This document shows, piece by piece, positions 47,797-59,621 of a DNA stretch of 64,000 bases. Within the stretch, counting starts at the first letter, position 1. Each line of letters opens with the position of its first letter. The stretch comes from Nemertoderma westbladi (lineage: Eukaryota > Animalia > Xenacoelomorpha). A program made the translations under genes and the position numbers. Under the pieces are notes generated by a model. That model was not told the origin of the DNA. It did not search any database and worked only from the letters and a program-made list of their open reading frames with translations. The stretch is taken from positions 4,528-68,527 of the forward strand of contig JAUCBJ010005005.1 in the NCBI GenBank assembly GCA_032718475.1, in the 5' to 3' direction.

Positions 47797-49498
47797 CCCA
47801 GTTAAACATGAGTATGTGTTTCATATATGGTTGCCATAAATAATTCGACATGTGATACATATATGTAAATGTTACAGTGTTGTCAAATGTGATCCATATG
47901 TGGAATGTTCACATGTGATACACATATGTTTTTTATGTGACAAGTGCGACAAAAAGAGTAAAAATTTAAACTGAGACCGACCAATCACTGGTGTGGGTCT
48001 GCATTTCCTATAGAGAGGTGGGGCGGGGGGGGGGGGTAGCCTACCTCAGTGCCATTATCCTATCCAATCCCTACACCCTATCCTACGGCCCTACACCTAC
48101 CCTATACATTTAGAGAAGGAAGCATCGGAGTATATATGACAATATTTAATCCATAGTGATATGAGAGTATCCTTAATAGATTTTGGTGATGATCCGTAAA
48201 TTCGTATTCTATTAGTTAGATTTAATTAAGTTATCTAATTTCCAGCTATAATAGATTATTCATTTTGATAAATCTTCGAAAATTAATTAATTCTAAGATC
48301 ATATAAATGCTCATATGATATTTTATATCTAATTTTAAGACATCTTTTCCCTACAACATATATATACCACATATGAAACATATGTTCAATTTTTTAACGG
48401 GATAAGAACTGCAATAGGCCTGCCTACCTTACGGATGGTATAGTGCAAGTATGTTATCTGTCTATGTCTGTACCCCTTACTGATACTTAGCAGCGCAGAT
48501 GACAATGCACAACCACAACCTGACAAGTGAAAACCACCATACAGTCATACATATGTTTGTCTAATTCTGTTAATACAGCACTGTACAGTGCAAATGCACA
48601 GCACAATGTGCATAGTGCAAGGCAGAAAGCAGGCAAGTCACACACTGCATCACTGAACAATTGAGTGGACTATGATAAGCGGTAGGCTTATGCAACGCAT
48701 TATGCTGTTATGGGTAAAATATAAAATAATTTGCGATTCACTAGCTAAACTGCAAGCGACACGACGTGGTTAAGAAGAAAGATTGCAGGATCAGACTATG
48801 AAATGCCTATCATTTGAAGAATGTGTCCCACCACCAGCCCTCCAATGCAATAAACAAAACAATTGGACGATCGACTATGGTTACTTCAATTTAGTGTCCA
48901 TACAGCCTTCACAGATCATTCAAACCTTATAGCAGGCCTATGTCTGTATGTATTGATTATACATTATATGGTTAAATAGCCGGTACTTTGAAAATACAGT
49001 ATAACAAAAAATATAGATTCAACGTATTATACTGCTGATTAAAACGATATTTGTTCTTAATGCAAAAAGCTGAGTAGTGACATCAACAAATTCCGCATCC
49101 CCCCTCGTTATTCTTTTCTGTACATGTATTACTGTAAGGCCTGTATTACCATAAGGCAAACATGTGTGCAACATATAAAATCCATGTACTGGATTACAAA
49201 ATTACGAATTGAATAGTTTATAGATTGAAATTTAACTTCGGAGTCTTGGCTATGGCTATTTCACATATGCTCGACATATATTATTCACATGCGCATTCTC
49301 ACACATTTATTTATGATAAATTCATATGTGCAACATATAAATACCATAAATGGCGATACACACATTCTAAGTGTATGTATCACCGCATGCGTGACATGTA
49401 TTATTCATACATGAGCATAAAAACCCAATTTCCAGACACACCTATTCCATACAACATATATATACCACATATGAAACATAAGTTCATGTTTAACTGGG
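47797..49498. mobile_element. Non-autonomous CMC/EnSpm-like DNA transposon in A gag
   Basis: TIRs CCCAGTTAAACATGA / TCATGTTTAACTGGG; 2-bp TSD AC; CATAT(A)TG-rich subterminal repeats; a second end-like motif at ~48370-48400. Confidence 0.8.
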
Positions 49499-50162
49499 AC
49501 ATACGTAAGTGGTCCGTCAGATGTTTCAATTGTCCATCCAGTCGGTACAGTTCCTGTTCTTCCTCGGGCTGTAATAATTCGTCCGAAACTGACTCACCTA
49601 ACAACTGGTCCGCTTGTTCCTGTTGTATCTGTCTAATCGTCGACTTAAACTGAATCAGTTTCTCTCTAGCGATCATTAGTTTCTCGAGGATTCTAAGTTG
49701 AGTATCCATGTCCTGTCTCTGTCTAGCTAGATCTTGTAGGCCAACTAGATTATCTACGGACTTATATACTTTACTCTGTACTCTAACCTGGAGGGTGTAG
49801 AACTCGAATCGAGACATCGGAGCGGTCAACTCGTCTAATATGCGTTGGCCTTCTCCAATACTCCTGGTAATATGCGCCATGTATCCACCGACGCTTCTAA
49901 CCACGCTCTCCTGGCTTCCTGCTGAACTTACCATGTCCGTTTCCCTGTATCTAGGTTGCGGAACAGTTAGAAAGTCCTCGGTCCTGCCGTCGCCTCGTAC
50001 TACGGCATCCGGTACTCCCGTTGGATGTACTGGTGACGCACACGGTGTAGGTTCGGTAGGCTCGCGAGTCTTCCCCTGTTGTTCTTCCGCTGCTGACTTA
50101 TCCGCGTCACACGAGTCATAGTCGGTAGGTGTGTTCTTCGTATAGTCTTGTTTGTCACTCAT
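49499..50162 (-). pseudogene. gag: Element A gag N-terminus
   Basis: MSDKQD start downstream of the leader (compare B MSDTKQ); cut by the EnSpm-like insertion. Confidence 0.85.
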
Positions 50163-50960
50163 TTCGGTAGTTGTAAGTCAAGTAAAGTGAGTGTCAAAGT
50201 ATCGAGTTTACCGTATTTATATCTAAACGGTACTAATTACAGTCATATAAAATTAGCCTACCGGCCGATTTTATAGCAGATGGATAAAATTAGCCTAAAC
50301 GGCCAATTTTACAGCAAATAAATGTCACGGAATAAGTATATAATAAAATTAGCCTAGCGGCCAATTTTATAACAAATAAATCGGATAACGATATGCGTTA
50401 TCAAAAGGTAAATTAAATACAATAATACGGACTAATTCAGCAATGAACAAAGAAATCATACGGAATGCATAAATACTTGAGACAGTGGAACCCACAATAA
50501 TTTTAACTAATACGGTAATGCCTAACTTATTTATGCAACTTTTCAAACTCACCCACTCCAATAATTCTCCAGAAAAACAGATTCCCAGATACAAACCGAA
50601 CGTGAACCTTTCCGTTTCCAGCGTTGCGGACGAAACGCGATTTTCCCAACCAAAGTTGTTGAGTTATCTATCTCCCAAACTTGCTAAACACGGTCTTGCT
50701 CCCGTTACAGTCTAGAAATGAGTTCTGAATCCTGAAAAAACAAAAGAGTTAGGTTTTACTTTACGAAAATTTTGTACCGGTACAATATGGTATTTAAACC
50801 CTTTTAAACACCGGTATTCAATTCCAAAAATATTTTACGCGCGGTTCAAATCAAATTTTATTTCAAAAAATTAGCACTTAGCTAATCAAATATAAATTTT
50901 TACCTCAAAATACAAAATTTTCAAATAACTTTAGTCCTACCGAACCGTAGTTCAGTAAAA

Positions 50961-50971
50961 CACATTCCTAC
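50961..50971 (-). other. Element A non-tRNA primer-binding site GTAGGAATGTG
   Basis: Abuts the 5' LTR; exact complement of sense LTR segment CACATTCCTAC at 51999-52009 (32522-32532 in the 3' LTR). Confidence 0.8.
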
Positions 50972-52435
50972 TATTGGAAGAGACAGCAACAATACCTGCA
51001 ATATCCTACTGTAAAGTTTGTGAATCAAATCATAAATCCGACCTTCTCACCAAAACAGTAAACTCTAAGTAAGCGAATATATTGCAGTATCGATCTCTTA
51101 TAACCGGTGAGGCAGAAAACAGTCTACGAGCAGACAAACTTCGATGAAACAAAATCCCGCGCAGCGAATCCTAAAATCAGGCTGACTCACTGACGGACTA
51201 AGGGGCTCGTATACTTTGCCGCGGTGTGATTTATATGGTTGGGCGAAAGAGACGCTAGCTAGGTACAGAGGCAGAGATTTGGAGATGTCTAACTAGCGGG
51301 CAAAGCACAGTACGGACAAAAGTTAATTTTATATATTTTGAGGTGTAAATAATTTCTAACGCGCGTGTTAATTCTGAACGGTCAAAAGCAGTTTTGCTCC
51401 TTCACATATATAATTACTGGGTACGGTGTGCATTTTACGAATATTCTAATTTTGTAACTCGTAGGTCCAATACTCACGAATGATAAGGTTCCTTTCCCTC
51501 TTGCGTATTTCCAGGACTCAAATTCAGGCATAAGGTTAATGCTACGCCCAGAATTCGGCAATTTTAGGTACCAGGTCCCTGATACTAAGAAGAGATGTGT
51601 TAGTTTACTACTGTAGGCGTACAGTTACTAATAGCTATCCTGGCTCCTATCTAGAATTTTAGTCACCCAGGTAGTCCGGGTAACTTCCTATTAGGGCGTT
51701 GGCGGGGACACGGTAGATGTTAGTATCCCTAATAGCCTCAATTTATTTGCGCCTAGCTGTAAACTGCCCTACCGCCTGAACGGTACAATCCCAATTCAGG
51801 TGAAAACACAGCAACCCCTCTAGCCTACAAGTTCTAATGCAATGGACACCGTTGTACTACAAATAGTCGCACACGCACCTGCACTTAGCAAGAGTTAGGC
51901 GTACAGTTTGCTGCACCCTACCAATTTGTATGCTTCGTACCGGTGTGCCTACGTCCTATCTGCGTACTAGTATCTGCCTGCTCTTTCCCTCTCCCCCCGT
52001 AGGAATGTGAAGGTCTACTGTGGGTTTTCCTGAATCAAGACAGTACAGTCCCTAAGATGTAATTTTAGGCTCACAGCGTGTCACTACTTCTACCTTTTGA
52101 TCTTTTGGTCTTACACTTAGGTAGCAAGGCGTCGAACGCTGTCTAACCTTTCAGGCGATGGGCGAATAACTCAAGATGGTATTGCGGGTTGTCTCTTGTC
52201 TACATTCCCCCGATGTTCCCGTTCATTGCTGCGGCCCGATCTCTAGCTGGCCATCCTGTCCCTTAGCTGGGTTCACCGTAGTGAATCATGGTAAAACAGA
52301 TAGCTAAACTGGCTAAAACAGATAAAAAAGCAGATTAGCGATAATTCTGACTTTATTACAGAAGATATAATTATAATACAATGTAATCTGAAATAAACTA
52401 AGCACGACAGAATTAAAGTGATGTGTGTGATAGAT

Positions 52436-52620
52436 ATTGAATGAGATAACTAATGAACAAATCGCACCTTTATATACTAAATTTGTGCCGCAATCAATCG
52501 AGAAAATTCTCGATTGTTCTATAGGTTCTAACAGGTTTTTAAAGATAGCTATTGGTCCAGCTAATATATAACTTGCACGACATTGGTTACAATCAAATAA
52601 CTACAGTCTCATTGGTACAG
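52436..52620 (-). promoter_or_regulatory. Putative Pol II promoter of the A LTR
   Basis: Three CCAAT boxes (~52551, 52582, 52611), TATATAAAG at ~52468-52476, TCATT initiator-like at ~52441. Confidence 0.6.
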
Positions 52621-52671
52621 ACAAATGCAATTAATTTGTAGCGGTTAATTTAAATGAGTTGAAATTCTGCA

Positions 52672-52760
52672 CAAAAATAATTCGCACTTACTAGGATTCG
52701 AACTCAATACCTACTACACATATAATTACCAACGCTCTACCGACTGAGCTACTGAACCAC
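52672..52760 (-). promoter_or_regulatory. tRNA-like Pol III cassette in A U3 (also ~33175-33263)
   Basis: TAGCTCAGTCGGTAGAGC (A box), GAGTTCGAATCC (B box), TTTTT. Confidence 0.65.
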
Positions 52761-52889
52761 TTGACCAATAGGCGTATAAATAGAAATAGCAATACAAATG
52801 AGGACTCAAAGCAATCTTTACAAAGTTAATTCGAATAAAATAAAATTTTGAAAATCCACGGCATTTAGGGAATATAATTCTATAGACCA

Positions 52890-53500
52890 AGTATTCCGGA
52901 ACTCTGATCAAAGGTTTACTTAAGGATCGTTTGAGTCGAGCGAGCGTGGCTGGCACGTCGAACAGGTTTCGCTCAAAACTCCCTTAAGTATAGCGAGTGA
53001 AACTATGTTTAGCGCAACGTCTCCGCGGGTGTTTATGGCGTTCCGTTTGTTGATTGGGTCTAGGGCATTCATCGCAGTAATACCAAAGACGCGCGTCTTG
53101 TAAAGGAAACGCTGGCGACTTTTCTCCTGTTTTACAATATTCCTCCATCTGTTCGAAGCCATCCGGTACAACAGGTAGGGGTTGATTAGCGGTAAGATAC
53201 ATCATAGTGAAATACAATTGTATAAGTTCCATCATAGGATTAGGATGTATACCTTGCGGATATCGAGTTTCTAAATTTTGTTGACTAGCTACATTGAGAT
53301 AAGTTTCTCTCAGGAACTCTAAATATTCGTAAAAGTTAGTACGCTTGTCTGGTTCTTCAACATCTTCTCTTTCGAGTCGGTTTCGAATAGAATTTTCATG
53401 TTCGATTCTCAGTTTGTCGTTCCGACTCCGCTGGGTGTGATATTTAAATAAAATCATCTCCCTTTCGGTATCCACATCGTCCGTATCGATGCGTATAGCG
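52890..53500 (-). pseudogene. Element C accessory ORF remnant (5' part); C is truncated at ~53500
   Basis: ORF 52984..53565 closely matches B 16471..17559 up to DTDDVDTERE. Confidence 0.85.
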
Positions 53501-54144
53501 TTTCCTTGGGAAGGTTTCCAAGTTGCCTTGGGAAGGAGCCCGACCCCAGACCAGATACAATCCACATTATCCCAGGCAGGTTGCCAAAGAAAATAAGTAG
53601 TAGAAAGGAGACCATTACAGTATTATACCCCATCAAAGTGTTGTTAGGCCTATATTATATAATCTCTCAACCAGTTTAATAGTCTGTAATGTAACGCAAT
53701 GAAATGGAGCCCAATTGACCACTGCAAGGGGGGCGCCCACTGGCTCCTGCCTTTGTTTCTGTGCTTTGGTTAGACGACGTCGCTGTGCGCTGTGCCTTGC
53801 CTGTCAAGCAGGGTTCAATATATACCAATGAACGATAGCATAAATAAGATAGGCACTCTGACTCTGATGATATATAATGAATTATGTAATTTTTTCTGGG
53901 CACACTGACCAACGTGATTGGATATTGCGTAGCTTGTCTTGCCGAGTCACAACTAAATAACCTGTGGGTGGCTATGTATTTTAATTCAATATTATTATTA
54001 ATACCATGAAAATTACTTTGAAATGTAATTAATTAGAACATTAATTTTTTTCAACAAAAAATTTTTTTTTGACTTTCAACAAATCAAAAAAGTGTATTTC
54101 ATAATGTACAGGTACCATAATTAGTTCAATTTCAAAATGTGGCA

Positions 54145-54586
54145 GTTTATCTCCAGCTATACTCACTACCGGTTGAACATCTCCCGCTACACACAATACC
54201 GGTTGAACATATCCAGTTACACTCACTACCAGTTGAACATCTTCAGTTACACTCAATACAGGTTGAACATCTTCAGTTACACTCACTACCGGTTGAACAT
54301 CTCCAGCTACACTCACTACCGGTTGAACATCTCCAGTTCCTCTCACTACCAGTTGAACATCTTCAGTTACACTCAGTACTGGTTGAACATCGTCAGCTAC
54401 ACTCACTACCGGTTGAACATCTCCAGCTACTCTCACTACCGATTGAACATCTTCAGTTACACTCACTACCAGTTAAAAATCACCAGTTACACTCAGTACT
54501 GGTTAAACATCTTCAGCTGCACTCACTACTGGTTGAACATCTTCAGCTACACTCACTACTGGTTGAACATCTTCAGCTACACTCAC
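54145..54586. repeat. 30-bp minisatellite (GGTTGAACATCTTCAGCTACACTCACTACC), about 14 units
   Basis: Tandem copies; explains the periodic ORFs on both strands. Confidence 0.92.
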
Positions 54587-54629
54587 CTAGAGTATATCTA
54601 CAGTTCTATAAAGTAACTTGTAAATGGAC

Positions 54630-54876
54630 CAGTAGACTTGTAAATAATCTTGTACTCGCAAGTACGCAGTCTCATGGAGTGAATAAGCATAGTAGTGGAC
54701 AGCCCATGACTTTCTTGAGGCACATCTCAAAGGACACTGGCCTTGAAGATGCGGATGATCTAGCAAATGTCATGGGTAATAGGGATTTGTCGCGTTGCAA
54801 TTTTGTGGACATGCCGGCACAGCATTCTTAAAATTCACCTGCAATGAAGCGTACCGATCCTAGTAGTAGTAGTAGT
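54630..54876 (+). mobile_element. 3' end fragment of an RTE-like LINE with (TAG)n tail
   Basis: CTCATGGAGTGAATAAGCAT shared with ~61594; TAGTAGTAG tail. Confidence 0.6.
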
Positions 54877-57198
54877 GTAAATTGACCCCCCTCCCCAGAT
54901 TTTCGCCAAAGGTTAAAATAAGCATTACAAATTTTCAGCTATTTAAAAATACTGTTAGGTGTTGAGTAGGCAACCTATTCATTTAATACTAATACCGTAG
55001 ACCTACTTCAAAACTCACTCCATTAATTAATTCAAGGCCAATTATCCTATCATATTGTGGCAAACGGGCATTTTGGGGGTTTTATCAGAACGAATAATTA
55101 AAAGTCCCTCTGACATTTAACAAATAAGAAACCCCCTAATATCTAATTTAAGGGGTTTTATCAGAAATTAAACTCCATATTGAAGGTGCTTAAACAGAGT
55201 TTTTTCCTACTTAGGGGGTTTTAACAGATCAAGCGATATTTAGACGGGATCTTATTTTGCGTTTTTCTCCGTTATTAACGCTGTTTTAACTTCTTTTCAG
55301 TTTCATTCATACATGGGCAATGTAGCCAAATAAAGCCGACCGCACAATTACAGTAATTGACGAAACAAATACAAAACTAGAACAGAGCATATCCAAACTT
55401 GTAGATACACAAAAACCACATAGATTTAGAAAGAAGCACAAAGGACAAAGCTAATAAGTGTACACGATATTAACTGTAGAGGAGGGTACTGTCTCCTGCG
55501 CAAAGCAAAATCTAATCATGAGTATTATTTTACTGTAACTCGTAACTCAAAGAAAATGGGCCTTTTTCGAAGAAATCCTACATGGGCACATTTTGGAGTT
55601 AACCCGGCAAGAAGGCTTGGCTCATTGGAAGTGTATTTCGGTAAAGCTCAAAAGTATGCTCTGTTTAAAGCATAACACGGCCAGACGACAGACATTAGGA
55701 TGGGAACACGAACACACCATATTATCCTTCCCCTATTCATTCCAATGGTAGCCAGCTTGTCTTTCCGGCACTGGGGGTAGACCATTGGCTAGCTTTATGC
55801 ATTGTGTTATACAGAGACAACAGCGGCAGGATAAAGAGAAATACCGATCTCGCTAATAATGGGCTGGTCCCACAGGTCAGTTAAAGGTAGGTGGTACAGT
55901 AGGTACTACAGTTTGCATGTGCAAGGGCGCCAGTCCCTATTCGCTAGCCCAGTCTGCCATGAAGTTCCTGTAAAGCATTCAGACCCTTTCACTCTGTAGT
56001 ATCCTAGCGTCCAGGAAGTTGTGAGTTGAGTGTGGGTAGGGTGGGTGGAGTGATTGACAGGTTGTTGGAAGTTGTCTGATTCTGTTTGAAGCTATCTGAA
56101 ATTGTTTGAAGCTGTCTGAATCTGTTGGAAGTTGTTAGACTGTTGGAGTTTGTTGGAAAGTGTTTGAAGCTGTGTTGGATCCGATCGGTTCAGATCGGAT
56201 CCGATGGCACTCTGTTGGTGAGCGGGACTGTACCTAGGAAATAACTAATTACAGGTAGCAATATAAGATGTTGCAGTATTTGTATATCCCACTGTTCCCA
56301 CATTTTTTTTTCAAAAAAAAATGCAAAAATTTTTTTAAAATATTTCTTTAACAATATTAATAGTTTCAAAATGTTAAAAAGTTGTATAAAAAGCCGAATA
56401 ACATTGAGCTGCCTAACTATATAGTAAGAATTGCTATGATATTATTAATATTTTCCATTTTTTTTATAACAAAATTATTTTGAAAAGAGCTACCCGATTC
56501 ACCTTCACATAAATCGCTATAACTTTTTTTGGAAATAGATATTGAGACACCGTTTTTTTTTGTTAAAATATCTGGAAAATTCTGCATCTCATAGGCCATC
56601 TCATAACTCAAAATTGACCTCCGGTGACATAAGGTCCCTTTTCTCGTGGCCAGCCACCGCTTGGACAGTTGGATGTTGGATCTACATTCATCAAAGAATT
56701 TCACGAATACAGGATCTAAGTTCGTGTTATTGTTGTATTGTATTACATTTCTGCTGTACCAGTGTACCGTACCGCAGTACCGGCAATTTCCGACATTGTA
56801 ATACTGTAATACCATGGTAATACACAGATATATTTGTGAAAATTTAATAAATAGGCTATAAATACGGTACTGAAATAGGCTACCTACCTACTGTGTACTG
56901 GTATTCATTGTCCAGTTGTCAGATTGTAACTGCAGTACTGCTGAACTCTGGTCATAAGTCAATCAATACAGTCATCATAACACTGTACTGCTGTAACAGC
57001 ATACAGCATAGCCTAAACAGCTAACACTAACAGGCTAAAGGAATCAAAAACAGGTTTGTCGGATCAGCAAAATGTATACATGCAATGTATACAGGCACTC
57101 AGGCAGACAGGTCCAGATTTCAAAGTATGGCAAACCTGCGCCTGGACTTGTACGGTACTTCAATCACATACCGGTATTTATTTCTACGCCACAATATT

Positions 57199-57325
57199 AT
57201 CTGCGCCTGAGTCAAAAATTTTGCGCTTGAACAACGTTTTTCTGCGCCTGTGTCAAAAATTCTGCGCTTGAACAACGTTTTTCATTTTTCTGCGCCTGAG
57301 TAAAAAATTATGCACTTGAACAAAA
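57199..57325. repeat. Tandem repeat of about 41 bp, 3 copies
   Basis: TCTGCGCCTG.GTCAAAAATT.TGCGCTTGAACAA units. Confidence 0.75.
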
Positions 57326-59621
57326 AAAATTTGCACCGGGTGGCAGGGTGCCGGGCACCTGGCTGCCTGGGTTTGGGTATTCTGGCAGTCTGGTATTAAC
57401 TGATTAATGTATTAAATTCTGCACCTGGCTGCCTGGGTAGGCAGGTAGGCCTGTATGTAGGCCTGCCTGCCTGTAGGAGGCCCTACTACCTGACTACAGC
57501 TGGATTAAATAGAGGCCCTACTTACCTCGCAAAAATTATCGGTCCTACGAATTATCTGTATTTGTACGGTAGGCCTACATAATACCGATAAATAAATAAT
57601 TTTTATGTTATGTGTATTACAGTATTACAGTGTACTGTACCGGTATTACTGTAGGCCTATTAATTCTGTTGTAAGCCTACCGGTACCGTAATTAAAACAG
57701 ACTTGTATTTGTGTACTGTGACTGTCTCTGTCTATGTACCAATGATGTACATAAGACGTAACGTACCGTACAGTGTACGGATGTACCTTACTCAGTAGGG
57801 AACATACCCTTAAATAAGCTCCAAAAGTGGGTTCTTATTTAATGAAAATGGCTCTTATTTAGGGGTTTTTGGGCCTTTTTTGGATATTTTTTCGATTTAA
57901 TATGCAATAACTTGTTTCAGGAAAAAATACCGCATAATTTTATTTCACAATGTAAAAGTTGGGTCTTTCTTGAACATAAAGCAAAAAACCAGAAAACATT
58001 TCACCGTCCGGTTTTTTTTCTACAAGGTTTTAAAATTGCATCAAAAATAAGTCCCTAAATAAGTTCCTAAATAAGGGGGATTTTTTAAATTTACCTTATT
58101 TCTGTATTTAGGATATCGAAATTGTACACATAAATACTAAAAGTCCCTAAATAAGAACTTTTTGACCTGGGTTTCTTATTTAGGAATACAATTGTATTCC
58201 AAAATCTGCACATTCCTTAAGTAAAATAAATATTCCTTATTCCTTACAGTATGTGTTACACTTCTTCGTATATTGCTAATTGGTGGGTTAAGGATAAGGA
58301 CAATGGTTGCACTGCACTCTATAAATCCTCTATAGAATATCGTATCATAATGAAGTTGCTAGCACTGGCATTCTTAGCTCGCATGGTAGCATAGAATAGC
58401 CCATTGATATTCAAAAGAATAGCCCATCGCCCATCTGAGCGCACATACGTCATACATTGTCACGTATTTCGATGAGACATGACTCATGTAACTGGACATC
58501 GCCGCACAGTTTCGAAAAACTAACTTGTGTCGTGCATTTCCTCTTCTGCTCCGCGTTACGCCCCACTTAGATGGATTGTCCACAAGTTGTACTTGAAAGG
58601 TGTGAAAAAAAAACCAATGTTAATGTAGGCACAAAGATGGTTCGGTTGGGCAGCTGATAGACGTTATGAAGGTTAAAGATGATGACTGGATGACGTTTTG
58701 GCTCAACTGGCTCAGGCAGCAGTGGGACACGTTCGTGGGACCTTTGCACAGCATGAAGTGAGCAAAGCCTCAGCTATCCCTAGCTGATAGGGGCCCCACT
58801 CCATTAACGTGTTGTCTTTCGTTAGTCAGAGGTCGTTCAACACAATACTTGTCTCCATAATTTGCCTCATTGCGTTTGTTTGTTTTTTACCAAACTTCAG
58901 ATTATTTATAATCTTTTGACAGACTACATTGGCCTACAGACATACATACCAAGTTTCATTTAATTTCATCAAGGAATGACCGAGTTAATAGCGATAATAA
59001 ATTTACAACGATGACAGACAACTCGTTAATAGCACCCATATGCTAAGGCTTCGCTCTGACTATGTTCTACGCATGTCCTTAGATCATCATAATGATGATG
59101 GGGTGATGATAACTCCACCTACTGGCTCCAGAAGTCGAGGAAATCCTGCCAAGTACCTAACTGATCTAGACTTTGCTGATGACTTAGGAGTACTCTCAGA
59201 ATCACTACGGCACTAGAGGGAGCCCAACGGCTCCTCAGCTCATTAGAACATGCTGCTTCTAGTGTTGGTCTTTTTATTAACTCCAGAAAGACCAAAATTT
59301 TGACAGTTAACTTTGAAAGTCCTCAGCAAGTCTCTGATCGGATGAGCATAAGCTCAAAAGATGGTATGCTTGAGCATGTGGAAGACTTCTGTTACCTGGG
59401 ATCATGGATCCGGAAGTCAGGTGAGGACCTTCGAATACGTAAGGGAAAGGCATGGGCAGCCTTGAATAGGCTTTCCAGGATTTGGAAGTCACCGAGAATT
59501 AATCGGAAACTTAAGGTCCGATTATTTAGAGCAGCAGTAGTTCCAGTACTCCTCCATGGGAGTCCATGCTGGGCTCTAACTGCTGAGGACACCAAATCTC
59601 TGGATGGCACATTCACAAGAA

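Larger units (their letters stand above)
31495..52884 (-). mobile_element. Element A: full-length Bel/Pao LTR retrotransposon with two accessory ORFs
   Basis: LTRs 31495-33387 and 50972-52884; TSD GACCA at 31490-31494 and 52885-52889; host C sequence is contiguous across the insertion. Confidence 0.96.
50972..52884 (-). repeat. Element A 5' LTR (1913 bp)
   Basis: Repeat of 31495-33387. Confidence 0.95.

Noticed and set aside
52690-52760. Functional tRNA gene supplying the RT primer
   Set aside because: No proper acceptor or anticodon stem, and no complementarity to the PBS
54041-54831. Repetitive ORFs on both strands
   Set aside because: Artefacts of the 30-bp minisatellite
56417-56815. 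132-aa minus-strand ORF
   Set aside because: No recognisable motif; runs into A/T tracts; cannot be supported
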